DNA of 64,000 nucleotides from Eledone cirrhosa (GCA_964016885.1 OZ024761.1:14508001-14572000); one strand, 5' to 3'. Shown: positions 1 to 13,828, counted from the first letter of the stretch. The notes: a model not told the origin generated them from the letters alone. Made by a program: numbers and translations.

Positions 1-175
1 GATGAGTTGTCCCATTGTGAGACAAGCCAGATCTGATGACAGTCTCGCTCATACAGAACTGATTTGGGCTTGGTTTCTACAGCTGGATACCTTTCCTAAT
101 GCCAACTACATTTACAGTGAGGACTAGGTGCTTTTTATAATAATACACACATGACCACTTTACAGAGTGAACTGG
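1..175 (-). mobile_element. RTE LINE 3' UTR fragment (cut by window edge)
   Basis: Reverse complement matches the 3' UTR motifs of the RTE copies (gttggcattaggaaaggtatccagctgtagaaacc; 48-bp UTR unit). Confidence 0.7.
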
Positions 176-281
176 GAGATTGTGTGGGGGAGGTGCATAG
201 GGATTGGAGAAGTAGATCTAGGTGGGGTACTATCTGGTGAAAGGTGAGGGTGTAGGGACATGAATATCGTTGGGGATCATG

Positions 282-312
<31 letters not shown>

Positions 313-420
313 TATACACACAAATGTATGTCAGAATGAACCTTGGGCTCAGAAATAACAACAGCAGCAGCAGAAGCAACAAGGGCCAGAGTAACACAAC
401 ACCATCCTTCCATATTTGTT

Positions 421-900
421 CCACTACTCTTAACACCACCACCATCATAATCTCCACCATCACCACTACCACCACCACAATCACCACCACCACCATCATA
501 ATCTCCACCATCACCACTACCACCACCACAATCACCACCATCACCACAATCACCACCACCACCACAATCACCACCACCACCATATTATCTCCACCATCAC
601 CACTACCACCACCACAATCACCACCACCACCACAATCACCACCACCACCATATTATCTCCACCATCACCACTACCACCACCACAATCACCACCATCACCA
701 CAATCACCACCACCACCACCACCACAATCACCACTACCATCACTACCACCACCATCACCACCACCACCACCACTGGTCTTTCTACCACCACTACCACCAC
801 AATCACCACCACCACCACCGGTCTTTCTACCATCACAATCACCACCATCCCCACCACCACCACCACTGGTCTTTCTACCACCACTACCACCACTGGTCTC
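421..900. repeat. (CAC/CAT/CAA)n low-complexity trinucleotide tract
   Basis: Degenerate accaccaccacaatc units; source of the His/Thr/Pro and Val ORF artefacts. Confidence 0.9.
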
Positions 901-1079
901 TCTAACCTAACCATTACTGCTGCCGCCAAGCTTATGCCACTGTCCAACAGCAACGACAGCAGACCTTTATTGCAGTATAATGCAGCATAAAAGCAACTGC
1001 AGTTTCCATGTGCATCATTATCAGTGCACACATCTGGGTGCACTGCACTGCATGTTGTGTTGGTGGCTGTAGAGAGAAA

Positions 1080-2150
1080 TGGGGTGAGAGAGGAGGGTGG
1101 GAGGGAGGGAGGAATAGGTAGAAGAGGAAAGACAGAGAGTAGAGGAGAGAGGGGGGGAGATGGCAATAGAGGGAGATATAGTGAAAGATAGGAAGGAAGA
1201 GGAATGAAGGAGACAGGGAGGAATAGATAGAGGAGAGAGGGAGAGAGAGAGAGATGATGAGAGAGAGGGAGTGAAAGGGAGGGAGAGAGAGAGGGAGTGA
1301 AAGGGAGGGAGAGAGAGAGGGAGAGAGAGGGGAAGAGAGAGAAAGGAAGGGAGAGAGAGGGGAAGAGAGAGAAAGGAAGTGAGAGAGAGGAAGAGAAAGA
1401 TGAGAGGGTGGGAGAGAGAGAGGAAGTGAGAGAGAGAGGAAGTGAGAGAGAGGGGATGAGAGAGAGGGAGAGAAAGATGAGAGGGAGCAATGGTAGAATT
1501 TCCTGACCGAATTAATGAATGGCTATGAAAGCTGTTGCTCGTATTCGTTAGCAACACCTGTGTTCGTTAGCTTTACTCAAAAGGTCACACAAGTTATGTC
1601 GGATATATACGGATATACAGGTAAAATTACTGCCTCTCGGTGTGTGTGTGTGTGTATGTATATATGTGTGTATATGTATGTGCTTGTGTGCATGAGTGTT
1701 TGTGTATGTGTGCATGTATGTATATTTGTGTGAATATATGTGTGTGTGTGTGTGTGTGTGTGCATGAGTGTATATGTATGTGTGTGTGCTTATATGTATG
1801 AGTGCATGTGAATGTGTATGTATGTGTGTGTGTGTATGCATGTGTGTGTGTGTGTGTGCTTATGTGCATGACAGTATGTGTGTGTGCCTGTGCTTGTGTG
1901 CATGAGTGTATGTGTGTGTGTGTGCGTGTTTATGTGCATGACAGTATGTGTGTGTGCCTGTGCTTGTGTGCATGAGTGTATGTGTGTGTGTGCATGACTG
2001 TATGTGTGTGTGTGTGCTTGTGTGCATGAATGTATGTTTATGTGTGTGTTTATATGCGTACATGTGTATGTGTATGTGTGTGCTTGTAGGCATGAGTGTA
2101 TGTGATGTGTGTGTGCTTGTGTGCATGAGTGTATATGTATGTGTGTGGTG
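1080..2150. repeat. (GA)n-rich then (GT)n-rich microsatellite tracts
   Basis: GA-rich 1080-1490, GT-rich 1640-2150, with a short unique spacer between them. Confidence 0.9.
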
Positions 2151-2154
2151 AGAC

Positions 2155-2303
2155 ACAGGTGTAGCTGTGTGGTTAAGAAATGTCCTTGTGACTTCAGGTT
2201 CAATTCCCCTGCTGGACATCTCAGGGCAAGTATATCAGTATTTTAGCACTGACCTGACTAATGTCTTGCAAGTGAACTTTGGTAGAAGGAAACTGCGAGG
2301 AAG
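2155..2303 (+). mobile_element. tRNA-derived SINE (family 3), degenerate
   Basis: A-box-like gtagctgtgtggttaag, B-box ggttcaattccc, tail tttggtagaaggaaactg; a related 3' fragment lies at about 48345-48432. Confidence 0.6.
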
Positions 2304-2357
2304 ATAAATATATATATATACACACACATACACACACATATATATATACATACACAC

Positions 2358-2391
<34 letters not shown>

Positions 2392-2392
<1 letters not shown>

Positions 2393-2483
2393 AAAGGAAA
2401 TGTGGTAAGGAACCGGCTGAGCTCAAGCCGTTTCGACGGCTAATTTTAGTCCAGAATTAGCCGTCGAAACGGCTTGAGCTCAG
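2392..2483. mobile_element. Family A hairpin element, short fold-back copy
   Basis: ctgagctcaagccgtttcgacggctaatt ... aattagccgtcgaaacggcttgagctcag inverted repeat; shares sequence with 60609-60804. Confidence 0.7.
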
Positions 2484-2660
2484 ATGTAGAATGATGATGA
2501 TAATGATGATGATGATGATACACATATACACACATATATATATATATATATACATATACATACATACACACATTTATATATATATATATACACACACACA
2601 CCACACATATATATATACACACACACACACATACATATATATGTATATATATACACACAC

Positions 2661-2721
<61 letters not shown>

Positions 2722-2754
2722 CATATACACACACACACATTTATACATGTTAAG

Positions 2755-3003
2755 GCCATTTTCATGTTAGTGACATGACAAAAAGTACCCAGTCTACACT
2801 GTAAAGTAGTCATGTAGGTGTCACAATAAAAAGTAACCAGTCCACTCTGTAAATGTGGTTGGCATTAGGAAGGGTAACAAGCCATAGAAACCAAGCTAAA
2901 ATCAGTTCTGTATGTGCAAGAGACAATCATTTGATCTGGTTTGTCTCACAATGGGACAACTTTACTAATGGACAATGTATTAAACCGTGATGATGATGAT
3001 GAT
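2755..3003 (+). mobile_element. RTE LINE 3' end with (GAT)n tail
   Basis: Two 48-bp UTR units, ggttggcattaggaaggg motif, tail gatgatgatgat running into (TA/CA)n. Confidence 0.75.
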
Positions 3004-3234
3004 ATATACACACCCACACATACATATATATATATATATATACATACACACACACATTTATATATATATATATATATATAAACACATACATATATATATA
3101 AACACACATATATATATATATATACATAAACACACATATATATATACATATATGCATTCACACACACACATATATATATATATATACACACACGTATATT
3201 TTTATACACTTGCCAAGTTTTCTGACATTAACAG

Positions 3235-3374
3235 ACCAAAGTCCTGTGGGCATTCTTCTTCAAGATAATTCTTGCAGTTCGACAAAATACAATGGACAAT
3301 TGAAAAAATTGATGAACGACAGATTGAAAGATAAAGTTGACATTTTGGAAAACAAAACCAATTCTTGTTGCTGA
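3235..3374 (+). CDS. Candidate terminal coding exon of a C-terminally prenylated protein (Rab GTPase-like tail)
   Basis: Branch-like ctgac plus acceptor (ttaacag|AC). Open frame xQSPVGILLQDNSCSSTKYNGQLKKLMNDRLKDKVDILENKTNSCC-stop in non-repetitive DNA. A terminal CC is the Rab geranylgeranylation motif. Upstream exons not seen in the window. Confidence 0.5.
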
Positions 3375-3869
3375 GAGAACATAGTGGAATCCCAAGACAA
3401 CACAACAAACAAACTAGAAAAAACTAAATTCAAAGACTGACTGGAAATGATGCAAGATTTCATTGTAATTAACTAGAAACTAATTGATGTTGTTGTTATT
3501 GGTGGTTTTTGTTGTTATTGTTGTTGTCTTCCATTCCATCATCATCATCACAATCATCATTGTAATAACCATCATATTCACTGTCATTGTAATTATTAAC
3601 AGAGTCACCTATATTACCACCACCACCACTACTACTACTTCTAACCCCCCCCCCCCCACACACACAAACACACACACCCCACCCACTACTACCACTACTA
3701 TTACCACCACCAACACTACTACTACAATTACTATTACCACCACTACCACTACTACTAGGACTACTATTGAAATTGATATTATTATTATGATAATCATCAT
3801 CATTACATAAGAGAAATGTATTCAGAATTGAACTTTATTTTTAATGAAATACAAAATTGTATCCCAAAA

Positions 3870-4490
3870 TATTAAATTTGACCTAAATCCACAGATCAGT
3901 GAACAGTGTATCAATTATGACCTTTGATCTTAATTTAACACTATAAACTATAACATGTCTGATTGATCCACATAACAGTGTGTGAAATATGACCAATATC
4001 CATAGATCAGAGATCATTGTATCAAATATGACCTAGATTCATAGATCAGTGAACAGCGTGTTAAATATGATCTAAATCCACAGATCAGTAAACAGTATAA
4101 CAATTTTAACATTTAAAATATAAACTATATCAGGTCTGATTGATCTACAGTGTATCTAAGGATCAGAGATCAGTGTATCAAATATGATCTATATCTATAA
4201 ATCAGAGATCAGTGTACCAAATATGAACTAAATCCACCAATGAGTGAACAGTGTATTAAATATAAGGTTTGATCTTAGTTTAAAAACATAAACTGTATAA
4301 TGCCGGATTGCCTCACAGATCACAGAACACTGTATCAGTGATCAATGTATCAAATATGACCTATATCCACAGACCAGTAAACTGTGTATAAAAAATTACT
4401 ATTGAACTTAATTTAATAGAATAAACTATATCATGCCTGACTGATCCACAGATCAGGGAGCAGTGTATTAAATATGAGCTTTAATCTTAG
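3870..4490. repeat. Degenerate ~40-bp minisatellite
   Basis: Recurrent tatcaaatatgacctaaatccacagatcagtgaacagtg units, with a longer variant containing taaactatatcatgtctgattgatccaca; another copy at about 4785-4830. Confidence 0.7.
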
Positions 4491-4885
4491 TTTAAACCTT
4501 TTGATAGCAAAACACCTGAAACTGCCCCTGGTATTACAAAACTAAATGGTTGATTTTAAAATGCTTGGTACCCCAGCATGGCCTCTGCCTGTCGACTGGA
4601 ACACATGATAGAGTAATTTAATTTAAAAAGAAAACTTATCAAAATTCTATGTAAAAACCTTTATTAAGTTACATTCCATACACCAAGTAAATAATCAGAA
4701 AGGTATTTATGTTACTAAATCCTTCTAAATTTTCGAAATATCCTAATGAATGGGCAATAGCATTTACCATATCATATACTTTCCACTGATCCCCAGATCA
4801 GAGAACAGTGTGTCAAATATGACCTATGAACTTAGTTTAAGCAGCAGAAAGACAGCTGACCTCTCAGCACTATCTATAGTCAGCC

Positions 4886-4932
<47 letters not shown>

Positions 4933-5104
4933 CTCTCTCTCTCCTTCAGTAAATGACCCACCCAAACTTCCTTTCACAAGACAGCCACCTATATTTTTAC
5001 ATTGCTGATCTTTCTAGAATTTCTTCCATTTTTTTATGACAGAAACGTTTCTGTAGCTTACTCCCCCCCCCCTCCTCGCCATCACCACTCACTCCTCTTT
5101 ATGT

Positions 5105-6820
5105 ATTGACACACACACATATACATATACATATATAAATAAATATATATACCTATATATACATTTACATATATATATATATACATATGCATATATATAC
5201 ATATACATACACACATATATATAAATACACACACATATACATATGCATATATAAATAAATATATATACATATATATACATTTACATATATATATATATAC
5301 ATATGCATATATATACATATACATACACACATATATATAAATACACACACACACACATATATATATATAAATACACACACACATATATATAAATACACAC
5401 ACACACATATATATATATAAATACACACACACACATATATATATAAATACACACACACACATATATATATAAATACACACACACACACACATATATATAT
5501 AAATACACACACACATATATATATAAATACACACATATATAAATACACACACACACATATATATATATATAAATACACACACACACTCACACATATATAT
5601 AAATACACACACACACTCACACATATATATATAAATACACATACACACACATATATATAAATACACACACACTCACATATATATATAAATACACACACAC
5701 ACATATATATATAAATACACACACACACATATATATATAAATACACACACATATATATATATATATATATACAAACATACACATATAAAGATACACATAA
5801 TATATGTGTGTGGGTGTGAGTGAGTGGTTATTTGACAATGGTATGTATACAGGTGAGAATTGTAAATTGATGCTTACAACAGTAACAACAACAGTAACAA
5901 CAACAACAGTAACAACAACAACAGTAACAACAACAACAGTAACAACAACAGTAACAACAACAACAATAACAATAACAACAACAGTCAGCTCTCGGTACCA
6001 GGTGTCATATTGTAATTGAAAATGAATGAAATTTCAAAAAAATCAATAAGTTTCCAGCACCACAAATACCACACTACTACCTACACACAACCACCACCAC
6101 GCCACCACCACCAGTACCTACACACCACCACCACCACCTACACACCACCACCAGTGCCTACACACCTCCACCAGTACCTACACACCACCACCACCAGTAC
6201 CTACACACCACCACCACCATGCCACAACCACCACCACCAGTACCAACACACCACCACCTATATGCCACTACCTACACACCACCACCACCAGTACCTACAC
6301 ACTACCACCTACATGCCACTACCTACACACCACCACCAGTTCCGACACTCCAACACCAGTACCCACACACCACCACCACCTACATGCCACCACCACCACC
6401 ACCACCACCTACATGCCACCTACATGCCACCACTGCAACCACTGCCATATCATCATCACCACTAACACACCACCACCACACTCAACACCACTGCCACCAA
6501 CATGCCTACACAACACACCACAATCACCACCGTCCCCCCAATACACACCACAACTACCACCATCAACACTGCCTCCATCACCACAAGACACATCACAACC
6601 ACTACTACACCTCCACCACAACAATTATCCCTACTACCCCTACTCAACACACTACAATCACCACCGCCACCACCTCCACCACACCCCCTTCACTACACAC
6701 CACCACTACCACACACCACCACCACCACTACACATCACCACTACACAACACCACCACCACCACCCCCTACACACCACCACCACCACAACTACACAACACA
6801 CCAACACCAACACCAGGCCT
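5105..6820. repeat. (CA/TA)n compound microsatellite followed by (ACA)n and (CAC)n tracts
   Basis: Direct inspection; aaatacacacacacatatatat units at 5330-5760. Confidence 0.9.
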
Positions 6821-7089
6821 CAGATTCTGATCAATACCCAATCAGTGCAATATTCAAAGATCAATAGGTATGATAGTGAAGTGACATAGTATATAGTATA
6901 ATACAATATTGATTATTAATTGCCAATTATTGAACTTTATCAATATAGAAACTGATAAATATCTTGTTCTGATCTCATAAATACATTGTTATTATCAACT
7001 CAAATTCGCTGGGAAAGGGGGGGGGGGGGTATTGTTGTTGTTGGTGTTATTATTGTTGAGTGACCCTCAGAAGCCCCCCCCCCACCCTT

Positions 7090-7760
7090 TCTTCTTTGCT
7101 CTTGCTCTATGAGTCTGGGGTCATCATAGGTCAGCAATCTTAGAGGAGTCATTTGCATAGAGCCAATGACCAGGTCCACAAATGCCCGCCATTACTCGCG
7201 GTTCCATATTAGCACCTTTGAGTCCTCCAAGATAATGTCGAGCCTCAGGAGATCTTCTTTAATAATTGTTTCTAATTTTGGTACAAAGCCAGCAATTATC
7301 CGAGTGTATTACTGGTACTTTATTTTATCGACCCCCGTAAGGATAAAAGGCAAAGTTAACCTCGGCGGGATTTGAACTCAGACCATAAAGGAGCGTAACT
7401 CTATGCTACAAAGCATGGTGTCCGACCCTCTACTGATACTGCCAAAGTAATATCCAGCAATCTGGTTTGGGTCCTGCCGTGAGGCCTCTTCCAGCCTCTA
7501 ACTGTTGCATTAAATGGGAGTAAGGCCTTGGTAGGATGATCTAGCGGGAGTTGGAGGGCATTTCCGTACCAGCATTTATGGAGGATGGATATGAGGCAGG
7601 GGCCTGCAGGCTGATGTGTGTAGACATGCAGCTCTTTGTTGGAAATTTGGTGATACCATCTGATGTTTTTGATGGCTCTCAGGGCTCTGTTATCAAAGCC
7701 GTCAATACTCTTTGCCAGGGTCTTCATGAGGGGCCATAACCTTACCCTTGGACAACATTG
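7090..7760 (-). mobile_element. Degenerate RTE LINE C-terminal fragment (second family), split by a SINE
   Basis: Minus frame FDNRALRAIKNIRWYHQISNKEL...WYGNALQLPLDHPTK...RGWKRPHGRTQTRLLD, continuing after the SINE as EDLLRLDIILED...WNRE*WRAFVDLV: a typical RTE post-RT C-terminus. Confidence 0.7.
7261..7445 (-). mobile_element. tRNA-derived SINE family 1 (Nin/Deu-like central domain)
   Basis: Reverse complement of the 17444-17624 copy. Confidence 0.75.
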
Positions 7761-8216
7761 GTGGTGTGGAGAAAGGAGACTGGTATGCATGAGTAACTGC
7801 TGGTCTTCCACAAACAAACCTTGCCTAGGCTTGTGCCCCGAAGGGAAACTTTCTAGGTGCAAAACCATAGTCATTTGTGACCAAAGTGGGCCTTTTAAAT
7901 TGTACCAGTAATACTAATAGCAATATAAACCAAATTTTTTTTAACCATGATTGTCCTCAACTGCAATTCGGACTCCCATCAGTGATATGGATGTATTGGA
8001 TGCAGGGAAGGCTCTTTATATGTTTTGGGAGAAAGAAAGTGCATCCAATAGGCCGGATGGCAAATATGGTAAATACTGGGATGCAGGGTACAGTGGGCAA
8101 TGGAAGTCGATGTGATAGATAAACTAAAATTCCTTCAAAGCAATGCTCCAGCATGGCTGCAGTCTAATGATCAAAACTAGTAAAAGAAAATGAAAGAATA
8201 TTTAAGGAAAACTTAC

Positions 8217-8330
8217 TGTTATTTTGCTAATTCCAATGAGTTTGGGTGGAATGTTGAGGATTTGTGAGAAGGCAGCCCTCAGAGACTTCAGAACTGAGTA
8301 ATTCACATCCAAATGTGGTGTATCAAATGT
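8217..8330 (-). CDS. Candidate internal coding exon (114 nt, phase 0-0) of an unidentified host gene
   Basis: Acceptor tctattttcag|ACA and consensus donor ACA|gtaagt. Stop-free 38 codons TFDTPHLDVNYSVLKSLRAAFSQILNIPPKLIGISKIT. Confidence 0.6.
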
Positions 8331-8603
8331 CTGAAAATAGATTCAACAGAGAATATATATATATATGTATGTGTGTGTGTGTGTACATATATATATATAT
8401 ATGTGTGTGTATGTATGTACATATATGTATATATATATATATATATATGCATGTATTTATTATAAGAAAAAATTAAAGTTTAAGCAAAGAATCGCTGCTT
8501 TCACCCTTAACAGGATCTTCTCATTTAGTCTTCACATTTATTATTATTACTATATATATATATATATATATATACATACATACACATGTATATATATATA
8601 TAT

Positions 8604-8705
<102 letters not shown>

Positions 8706-9308
8706 TCATATGATTTATTAAGTCCACATTACAAAAAAAAAGAACTCAATCTAAAAACAGAGTAGATTAAATGGAGTCTTTTAAGTGATGGGGAGGGTTA
8801 TGAAGGGGATGTAGACTGTCGGCTCCTAACAAATTGGTCATTATGTCTAAACTGTCATTTCTTTGACACTTTGAAACATGACGGCCAATTTGTAAAGAGC
8901 CGGCAAATAAAATATATACTCACTATTATCATCACCACTACCACCGAAAAAAGTGACACACACATACATACATACATACATACATACATACATACATACA
9001 TACATACATACATACATACATACATACATGCATACATACATACATATGTGTGTGTGTGTGTGCGTAAAAAGTAAGCAGAAATAAAGCAAACACAGTACAA
9101 TGAAGAAATATATGTGCGTGCACACACATATATACAGACATATACAAACATACATACAGATATATACAAACATATATACTCTCATGTATACACACACACA
9201 CATATATATACATATATATATATATACACACACACACACACGTAGCAACGCACATATCAGTTTCTATTACAGTAGCTTCTTTCCACTGGTGTTTGTATGT
9301 GTGTGTTA

Positions 9309-9357
<49 letters not shown>

Positions 9358-9454
9358 TGTGTGGATGTGTGCATATATATATAAATATGTGTGTGTTTGT
9401 GTCTATATCTATTTATATGTGTTTATATATGGGCATGTTTGTGTGTGTGTGTGC

Positions 9455-9503
<49 letters not shown>

Positions 9504-9513
9504 CACATTTATA

Positions 9514-9563
<50 letters not shown>

Positions 9564-9654
9564 AAGTGGTTATGTCATGGAAGCTGCTACAATGCAAGCA
9601 GGGTTGTAAATATTAAGGCAACAAAATCAGGTGGAGTTGATAGAAGAATCAGAG

Positions 9655-9755
9655 ATATTATTGCCTTGGAAATATTTATTAATCCCAAGAGATCCTTTGA
9701 TAATTTATGTTACATCCGAAATATATAGGGACTAATAAATATTTCCAAGGTAACA
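9655..9755. repeat. Short inverted repeat with degenerate hammerhead-like interior (Penelope-like remnant)
   Basis: ccttggaaatatttattaatccc ... gggactaataaatatttccaagg; the interior contains ttgataa...catccgaaatatata. Confidence 0.4.
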
Positions 9756-9765
9756 TTATTATTAT

Positions 9766-9878
9766 GGATTGGCAGTATCGGTAGAGGATCGGACGCCATG
9801 CTTTGATGCATGGGTCGATAAAATAAAGTACCAGTAATGCACTAGGAAATTGCTGGCCTAATAACTAGAAATTAATTA
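9766..9878 (+). mobile_element. SINE family 1, internally deleted
   Basis: ggattggcagtatcggtagag head and gggtcgataaaataaagtaccag. Confidence 0.7.
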
Positions 9879-9920
9879 TATATATATAAACATGAATAAT
9901 CACAGGAGATAATTATCTCT

Positions 9921-12860
9921 AGGTTTGGTACTAGAAATGAGGAAGGCTCCAGAATCCTGGAATTCTGAGACGCAAATAACCTAACTATCTGTAATACTAA
10001 CTTCAAAAAACGAGACAATCACTTGATCACCTACAGATCAGGAGAACATACCAGCCAGGTAGATTATATCCTTACCAGAAGACGTGACAGAGTGTCTATT
10101 GTAATCACTAAATCCCTCCCCCATGAAGAATGCACCTCTCAACATAGACTCATAATTAGCGACCTCATAGTCAGGACGAGACGTACTCGACAACAGAAGA
10201 GGACTATCCTCAGGAGAAAAATATGGAAGCTAAAGGACCCCACAGCCAGTAATAAATTTAAAAGCATATTACTTGATGCTTTCGACAGTAAGGAAGAGCA
10301 ATTAGAGTCGTATAATATAGAGGAACAGTGGGAATTCCTGAAAGCAAACCTGCTGATGGCGGCAGATGAAGTCTGTGGCTGGAGCAGGCCTATAGGCAGG
10401 AGGAGAGTAATGTGGTGGTGGAAGAGTAAGGTGGAGGAGTCAATTAAGGCCAAAAAGCAGGCTTGGAGAGTATGGCAGGATGGGGGAAGTAGAGAAGATT
10501 ATCAAGTGGCCAGGAGGGAAGCTAGGAGACAAGTTTACTTGGCAAGAAGGGAAGCAGAGGAAAGAAAGTTCAAGCATGTTCTACAACGCAAGGACCAAAA
10601 ATGTGAGGTGTTCAGGATTGCTAGGCAATGTGTCAAGGAAAACCGTGATATTGTCTGGGAGAAGTGTGTCCTTACTGATGATGGTGTACTTGCCATCACT
10701 GACGATAAGGTAGATTGGAAGTGTCACTACGAAAGGCTACTAAATGAGGAGAATAAATGGGAGAAAGACAGTCCCCCCCCCCCCCCCCACATCGATCCAA
10801 TAGAGGGACCAGCAGTGTTAGTCGAAGGTAGTATAATAAGTAAGGCAATCAAAGATATGAAGATGGGTAAGGCGGCTGGGCCTTCGGAAATAGTTGCTGA
10901 AATGCTGAAAGCTTCTGGAACGGTGGGACACACTCTGGTCACCCGGATAGTAAACCAAGTCATACAGAATGGGGTTGTTCCGAAGGACTGGCGTAGCAGC
11001 ATCATCATTAACTGCTACAAGGGTAAAGGAGATGCCCTAGATAGGGGTAACTATAGAGGCATTAAATTAATCGACCAGGTCATGAAAGTCACAGAAAAAG
11101 TAATAGCGCAACTAATCAGAGAGCGAATTGATCTAGATGAAATGCAGTTCGGGTTTGTGTCAGGTAAAAGTACCACAGATGCTCTTTTCATTGTACGACA
11201 ACTACAGAAGTACCTAGCTAAAAGTAAACCCCTATACTTAGCTTTTGTCAACTTGGAGAAAGCCTTTGACAGAATCCCCCGTTCCATTATCTGGTGGGCT
11301 CTTAGAAAACTAGGTGTTGATGAATGGCTTGTGAGAGCTATACAAGCCATGTATAAAGAAACAGTCAGCAAGGTTAGAATTAACAACGAATATAGTGAAG
11401 AGTTTAGCATAAAAGTTGGTGTTTATCAGGGCTCCATTCTTAGCCCCCTACTATTTATTATTGCCCTTCAGGCTATAACAGAGGAGTTCAAGACCGGCTG
11501 CCCATGGGAACTCCTATACGCAGATGATCTAACGCTCATAGCTGAATCAATGGCTGAACTAGAGAAGAAATTTCAAACATGGAAGCATGGCCTAGAAGCA
11601 AAAGGCCTTAAAATTAACCTGTCTAAGACTAAAGTTCTAGTCTGTAGGAAGGAAAATAGGACACCGGTCCCATCCGGGAAATGGCCATGCTCAGTGTGTA
11701 GGAAAGGAGTAGGCAGAAACTCCATTTTATGTCCCAAATGCAAAGTATGGGTGCATAAAAAATGTAGTGGGATCACAGGTAAGCTAACTAAGAATATAGA
11801 TTTTATATGTGGCTGGTGCTCTGGTGCATTAAGTAGCAGCAAGTGCCCACAGAATACTAGCTCATTCCATTGCACAGATGGTTCTATAGAAATAGTGGAC
11901 ACCTTCCGTTACTTGGGTGACAAAATCAGCAGTGGTGGAGGGTGCTCTGAAAGTACAGTAGCTAGAGTCAGAACTGGATGGAAAAAGTTCCGAGAGCTTG
12001 TACCACTATTAGCCGCTAAAGGGTTCTCCCTAAAAATGAAAGGCAGGCTGTATGATGCCTGCATACGAACAACAATGTTACATAGCAGTGAGACCTGGGC
12101 ATTATGTGCAGAGGATATACGCAGACTGGAAAGGAACGAAGCTCGCATGCTCCGCTGGATGTGTAATAGTAATATACGTGAACAGCAAAGAATAAACGAA
12201 CTAAGGGAAAATTAGAAATAAGAGGGAACAGGTGTTGTTTACTCGAGAGAAGACTACGTTGGTATGGTCACGTGATGCGCATGAAAGACAACGGCTGTAT
12301 AAAAGAGTGCAGGGCAATAAAAATAGACGGTAGCCACGGACGGAGTAGGTAGACCCAGAAAAACCTGGGACGACCTGATAAATTCCGACCTCACACACTT
12401 ACACCTCTCCAAGACAATGTCACTGGACCGAGATCTTTGGCGCTACAAAGTAATACAGAAGACCCGCCTTACCTAAGTACAAAGTGAAACCTACTACAGT
12501 CAGTAGGCACCTCTAACAAAAATACACCCCTGTCCCACTACCCCCACCCCATCCACACCACCCCTTTCAATGTAAAGTTATGTTGGTGCCACAACATCCA
12601 GTCCGAAACAAATGCGGTCGTGTAGGTGTCACGACAAAAAAAACACAGTCCACGCTGTAATGTGCCCGTGTAGGTAACACGGTAAAAACCTCCCAGCCCA
12701 CACTGTAAACATGGTTGGTGTTAGGAAGGGCATCCAGCCGTAGAAAATCCGCCAGACAGTCCTATGCGAGCAAGACAACCACTCTTGCCTCAAGTGGGAA
12801 AACTCCCATCCAAACCCATGCAAGCGTGGAAGATGGACGTTAAACGATGATGATGATGAT
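9921..12860 (+). mobile_element. RTE-clade LINE, 5'-truncated (end of AP endonuclease, RT, 3' UTR, (GAT)n tail)
   Basis: FGTRNEEGSRILEF*...NTNFKK..HLITYRSG..SQVDYIL (APE C-terminus), NYRGIKL, QFGF, LEKAFD, QGSILSP, LLYADD, FRYLG; tail ggacgttaaacgatgatgatgat. Confidence 0.95.
10023..12476 (+). pseudogene. RTE reverse transcriptase ORF remnant with inserted PHD finger
   Basis: 730-aa frame. An in-frame TGA at 9966 lies upstream, and a frameshift near 12208 relative to the 61099 copy stops it early; the homologous end (KTRLT-stop) is at about 12476. Confidence 0.9.
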
Positions 12861-13690
12861 ATATAATATATATATAAATATATATATATATAATATATAT
12901 ATAAATATATATATATATATAATATATATATAAATATATATATATATAATATATATATATATATAATATATATATATAATATATATATATATATAATATA
13001 TATATATATATATAATATATATATATATAATATATATATATATAATATATATAATATATATATATATATAATATATATATAAATATATAATATATATTTA
13101 AATATATATATATATATATAATATATATATAATATATATTTAAATATATATATATAATATATATATATAATATATATATATAATATATATTTAAATATAT
13201 ATATATATATATTTAAATGTATATATATATAATATATATTTAAATATATATATATATATATAATATATATATAAATATATATATAATATATATATAAATA
13301 TATATATATATAATATATGTATAAATATATATAAATAAATATATATATAAATATTTATATATATAATATATGTATAAATATATATATATAATATATATAT
13401 AAATATATATATAACATATATATATATATATATATAATATATATATATATAAATATATTTATATATAAATATATATATATATAAATATATATAAATATAT
13501 ATATATATAATAGGAACCAGTAAGACCCCGACGGCTGAGCTCAAGCCGTTTCGACGGCTAATTCCGATTACCCACTCTACTACCCTAAGTATTGAGTACT
13601 TTGGTGCGTTATGGTCCACCTGGTTCCTTACCACATTTCCTTCGTTATATATATAATATATATATATATAATATATAAATAATATATATA

Positions 13691-13750
<60 letters not shown>

Positions 13751-13762
13751 ATATATATATAT

Positions 13763-13793
<31 letters not shown>

Positions 13794-13828
13794 ATATATA
13801 TATATATATATAATATATATATATATAT

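Noticed and set aside
1497-1547. Hammerhead-like ctgaccga...GAAA-gc-tgtt-gc-TC (similar weak cases at about 31592-31660 and in the repeat at 48505-48570 / 60830-60900)
   Set aside because: Core spacing or cleavage-site residues are wrong and the stems are poor; too degenerate to call.
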